A DNA stretch of 64,000 nt from Heteronotia binoei. Taxonomy: Eukaryota. The translations under genes were made by a program, and so were the position numbers. Below, piece by piece: positions 60,751 through 64,000 of this stretch; position 1 is the first letter of the stretch, and every line of letters begins with the position of its first letter. The stretch covers positions 71,610,001 through 71,674,000 of the forward strand of contig NC_083228.1 of assembly GCF_032191835.1 (NCBI RefSeq), written 5' to 3'. The notes below the pieces were generated by a model, which saw only the letters and a list, made by a program, of their open reading frames with translations, was not told the origin of the DNA and searched no databases.

Positions 60751-61197
60751 ATTTCATTAAATTCCTAAATGGTCTGAAAGCAAAATACTTCAAGGAACAC
60801 TTGCTTCTATCAGACATGCCCATCTCCAGAAGCAAGATTGTTTCTATATGTAGTGTGAAAGGGTCTCACTTCCTAATTCATGTACAAATCCACACAAAGC
60901 TACCCTGTATCTTTCTTCCACCACCTCTCAGGAGCTGCTTGTTTAACCTCTACACTTTGTTTAGAGAAGACCTGAAATCTAGGCAGTGGCTCACAATAAT
61001 ACTAAAAGATCTGTGCCTAAGTAAGAAGGCATTGCTATAAACTTGAAAGAACCACTGAGATCCTGATAGACTGTAGTTAGAAATAAAGTTTATTAAAGGT
61101 GGGGGGTGTAAAATATCTGGCCTGGAGAATTAACTGATCCAGAACGTGGCAGCACAAGTCCTGACAGGAACATCATGGACATCACAGGAACATCACA

Positions 61198-61889
61198 TAG
61201 GGTTGCCAAGTCCAATTCAAGAAATATCTGGGGACTTTGGGGGTGGAGCCAGGAGACTTTGGGGGTGGACCAGGAGACATTGGGGCGGAGCCAGGAACAA
61301 GAGTGTGACAAGCATAACTGAACTCCAAGAGAGTTCTGGCCATCACATTTAAAGGGACAGCACACCTTTTTAAATGTCTTCCTTCCATAGGAAATAATGA
61401 AGGATAAGGGCACCTTCTTTTGGGGCTCATAGAATTGGACCCCCTGGTCCAATCGTTCTGAAATTTGGGGGATACTTTGGGGAGAGGCACTAGATACTAT
61501 ATTGAAAATTTGGTGCCTCTACCTCAAAAAACAGCTCCCCCAGAGCCCCCGAAACCTCCAGATCAATTCCCCATTATACCCTATGAGAAGACGTTTCCCT
61601 CTCCACCCCCTCCACCCCCCCCCCCCCCCGTTTCTGGGAAATCTGATGCAGGGGACAGAACTCACTCACCTCCGGAGGTGCAAAGGCACATGGTCCTTTG
61701 GGGGCGTGGCTGGGCTCCCCTCCCTTCACCGGCCAGCTGACTGGGGGCGGGAAGCAACCTGAGAAAACGGAAGAGCTCTGGCTGCCGTTCTCCTCCCTCC
61801 CCTCCCCCCGCTTTCCCTTTTATGGCCAGCGGGGGGAGGAGGCTCCAAATCTGGAGTCTCCAGGCCTAGCGGGGGATTTGGGAACCTTA
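61198..61889 (+). mobile_element. Full-length hAT-type MITE (TAGGGTTGCCA family)
   Basis: TIRs tagggttgcca / tgggaacctta. 8-bp TSD acatcaca at 61190-61197 and 61890-61897. Confidence 0.88.
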
Positions 61890-62394
61890 ACATCACATCA
61901 AATATTCAACATGTGCTGTGCCAACTACACTGGCTTCCAGTGGAGTACTGAGCCAGCTTCAAGGTTTTGGTACGAAGCATGGGCATGAACTCACAAAATG
62001 AACTAAATTTTTAGTCAAATTGGGCCAGTTTGTGATTTATTTTGACCCAGGTTGTTTGGTCACACTATTCCTGAACCAACGATGAAACAGAATTTTTCCA
62101 TTGAGGTTTGGGTGGTTTGTTAGAGCAGTTTATTGGTCAGACAGCCTGGCACTGATTCAGTCAGTTCTCAGGCTAGGGGTGAACTTGTGGAGAGCCCTAG
62201 AAACACCCATAGTAGTTGTCCATGGCTTTATAGGCAGTTCTGGCAGCCAGCCACGAAGCTCCCATTCTGTTCCTTGGGGGCAGATTGTATATATACACCA
62301 CATCTTGACACAGCTGTTTTCACTTTGCATACTCATCCCTAGTACTGACCTTTAACACCCTGAGTGGTCAGGAACCTATGTATTTTCACTTCCA

Positions 62395-62677
62395 GAGCCA
62401 GTTTGGTGTAGTGATTAAGTGTGCGGAATCTTATCTGGGAGAACCAGGTTTGATTCCCCACTCCTCCACTTGTAGCTGCTAGAATGGCCTTGGGTCAGCC
62501 ATAATTCTTGCAGGGCTGTCCTTGAAATGGCAGCTTCTGTGAGAACTCTCTCAGCCCCACCTACCTCATGGGGTGTCTGTTGTGTGTGTGGGGGGGGGGG
62601 TAAAGGAGATTTTGACCACTCTGAGACTCTGAGATTCAGAATATAGGGTGGGATATAAATCCAATATCTTCTTCTCT
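62395..62677 (+). mobile_element. tRNA-derived SINE (Squam3-like)
   Basis: agagccagtttggtgtagtg through gatataaatccaatatcttcttc. Confidence 0.88.
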
Positions 62678-62742
62678 GATATGTTCCCCAAATAGCATTA
62701 TCCTCTGCTGAGAACAATCTGCTGGTGATCCCTGGCCCCAAG

Positions 62743-63248
62743 TACGGGTGCCAAGTCCAATTCAAGAAATATCTGGGGACTCTGGAGTCGGGAGATTTTG
62801 TGGGTGGAGCCAGGAGACTTTGGGGGTGGTGCAAGGAGCAAGGGTGTGACAAGCATGATTGAACTCCAAGGGAGTTCTGGCCATCACATAAAGGGACCAC
62901 ACACCTTTAAAATGCCTTCCCTCCATTGGAAATAATGAAGGATAGGGGTGCCTTTTTTGGGGCTCATAGAATTGGACCCCCAATCTTTTTGAAACTTAGA
63001 AGGTACTTTGAGGAGAGACATCAGATGCTATGCTGCAAATTTGGTGCCTCTATCTCAAAACTCAGCTGCTTGGGAGCCCCAGATACCCACAGATCAATTT
63101 TCCGTTATACCCTATGGGAATCAGTCTCCATAGGGAATAATGGAGTGCTCAGCAGACATTTCCCTCCCCCCCATCTGATCACCCTGAAGCGGGGGAGGAC
63201 CTCCAAACCAGGAGATTCCCTGCCACCACCTGGGGATTGGCAGCCCTA
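62743..63248 (+). mobile_element. TAGGGTTGCCA-family hAT MITE
   Basis: tacgggtgcca at the left end and tggcagcccta at the right end. Confidence 0.8.
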
Positions 63249-63486
63249 CCCCAAAGACATTCAGCGGTCCTCAACCAGAGCCAGGGCTTTTTTTGGCCCT
63301 GGCTCCAACCTGGTGAAACTTTCTGTCAAACAATATCCGGGCCTGGGATTTAATGCAATTCCTCAAGGCCTGCAAGATAAAGATATTCCACCAGACTTAA
63401 AAAAACAAAACAAAAACAGCAACATGCTTTATCATGACTGGCACACACACACACACACACCCCTTCTTCCATCTTTTATTTATTTC

Positions 63487-63735
63487 GGCCAGTTTGGTAT
63501 AGTGGTTAAGTGTGCAGGCTCTTACCTGCAACCCGGTTTGATTCCCCACTCCTCCACTTGCACCTGCTGGAATGGCCTTGGGTCAGCCATAGCTCTGACA
63601 GAGCTGCTGTGAGAGTCCTCTCAGCCTCACCCACCTCACAAGGTGTCTGTTGTGGGGGAGGAAGATAAAGGAGATTGTGAGTTGCTCTGACACTTTGAGA
63701 TTCAGAGTGGAGGGCGGGATATAAATCCAATATTT
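63487..63735 (+). mobile_element. tRNA-derived SINE (Squam3-like)
   Basis: ggccagtttggtatagtggttaag through ggatataaatccaatattt. Confidence 0.88.
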
Positions 63736-64000
63736 ATTTTAATCGTGAGGCAGCAACACTGTTTGGAACTGGTTTTAAAAATTGGATTCATAGACACCAT
63801 CTGGAAACTGTTTTTAGATTACACTGAGTGTTTTTATTGTACTCTAATAATGTTTATATTGTATTTTATTTACTGTTGTACATTGCCAAGAGCCCAGTGA
63901 ACTCAGGGATTGGGCAATCCATAAATTTAATTTATAAAATAAATAATTTTATGCAAATGTACAGAAGAAACAGATCTCACATAGGCTTCCCAATCCCCAG

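Overview
Repeat-rich vertebrate genomic DNA. The SINE and MITE families point to a squamate, probably a gecko-type lizard (inference). There are no prokaryotic features and no intact host gene that I can name; only a few low-confidence candidate exons were seen. The window is dominated by two tyrosine-recombinase retrotransposons of the Ngaro (split-direct-repeat) type from diverged subfamilies. One is a defective derivative on + (6380-12224). The other is a near-complete copy on - (41257-47880) inserted into a CR1 LINE; it encodes Gag, RT/RNase H, YR and an SGNH hydrolase. Main observation: in both elements the hydrolase frame has no Met codon ahead of its block I serine. It begins at a phase-1 splice acceptor just after the YR stop, and both gag genes carry a matching phase-1 consensus donor after a conserved N-terminal module. 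This predicts a spliced Gag-N/SGNH-esterase fusion mRNA. Other points of interest: captured SINE and 5S promoter sequence inside the left element; a conserved base-paired motif in the A2-B2 spacer; reconstructable AA-core integration junctions; a 625-bp TG...CA element with 126-bp inverted repeats and a 5-bp TSD; two CR1 copies sharing the same 3' flank; and an OC1-like hAT MITE. The rest is CR1, L2, L1 and Gypsy fragments, SINEs, hAT MITEs and a 145-155-bp tandem array.
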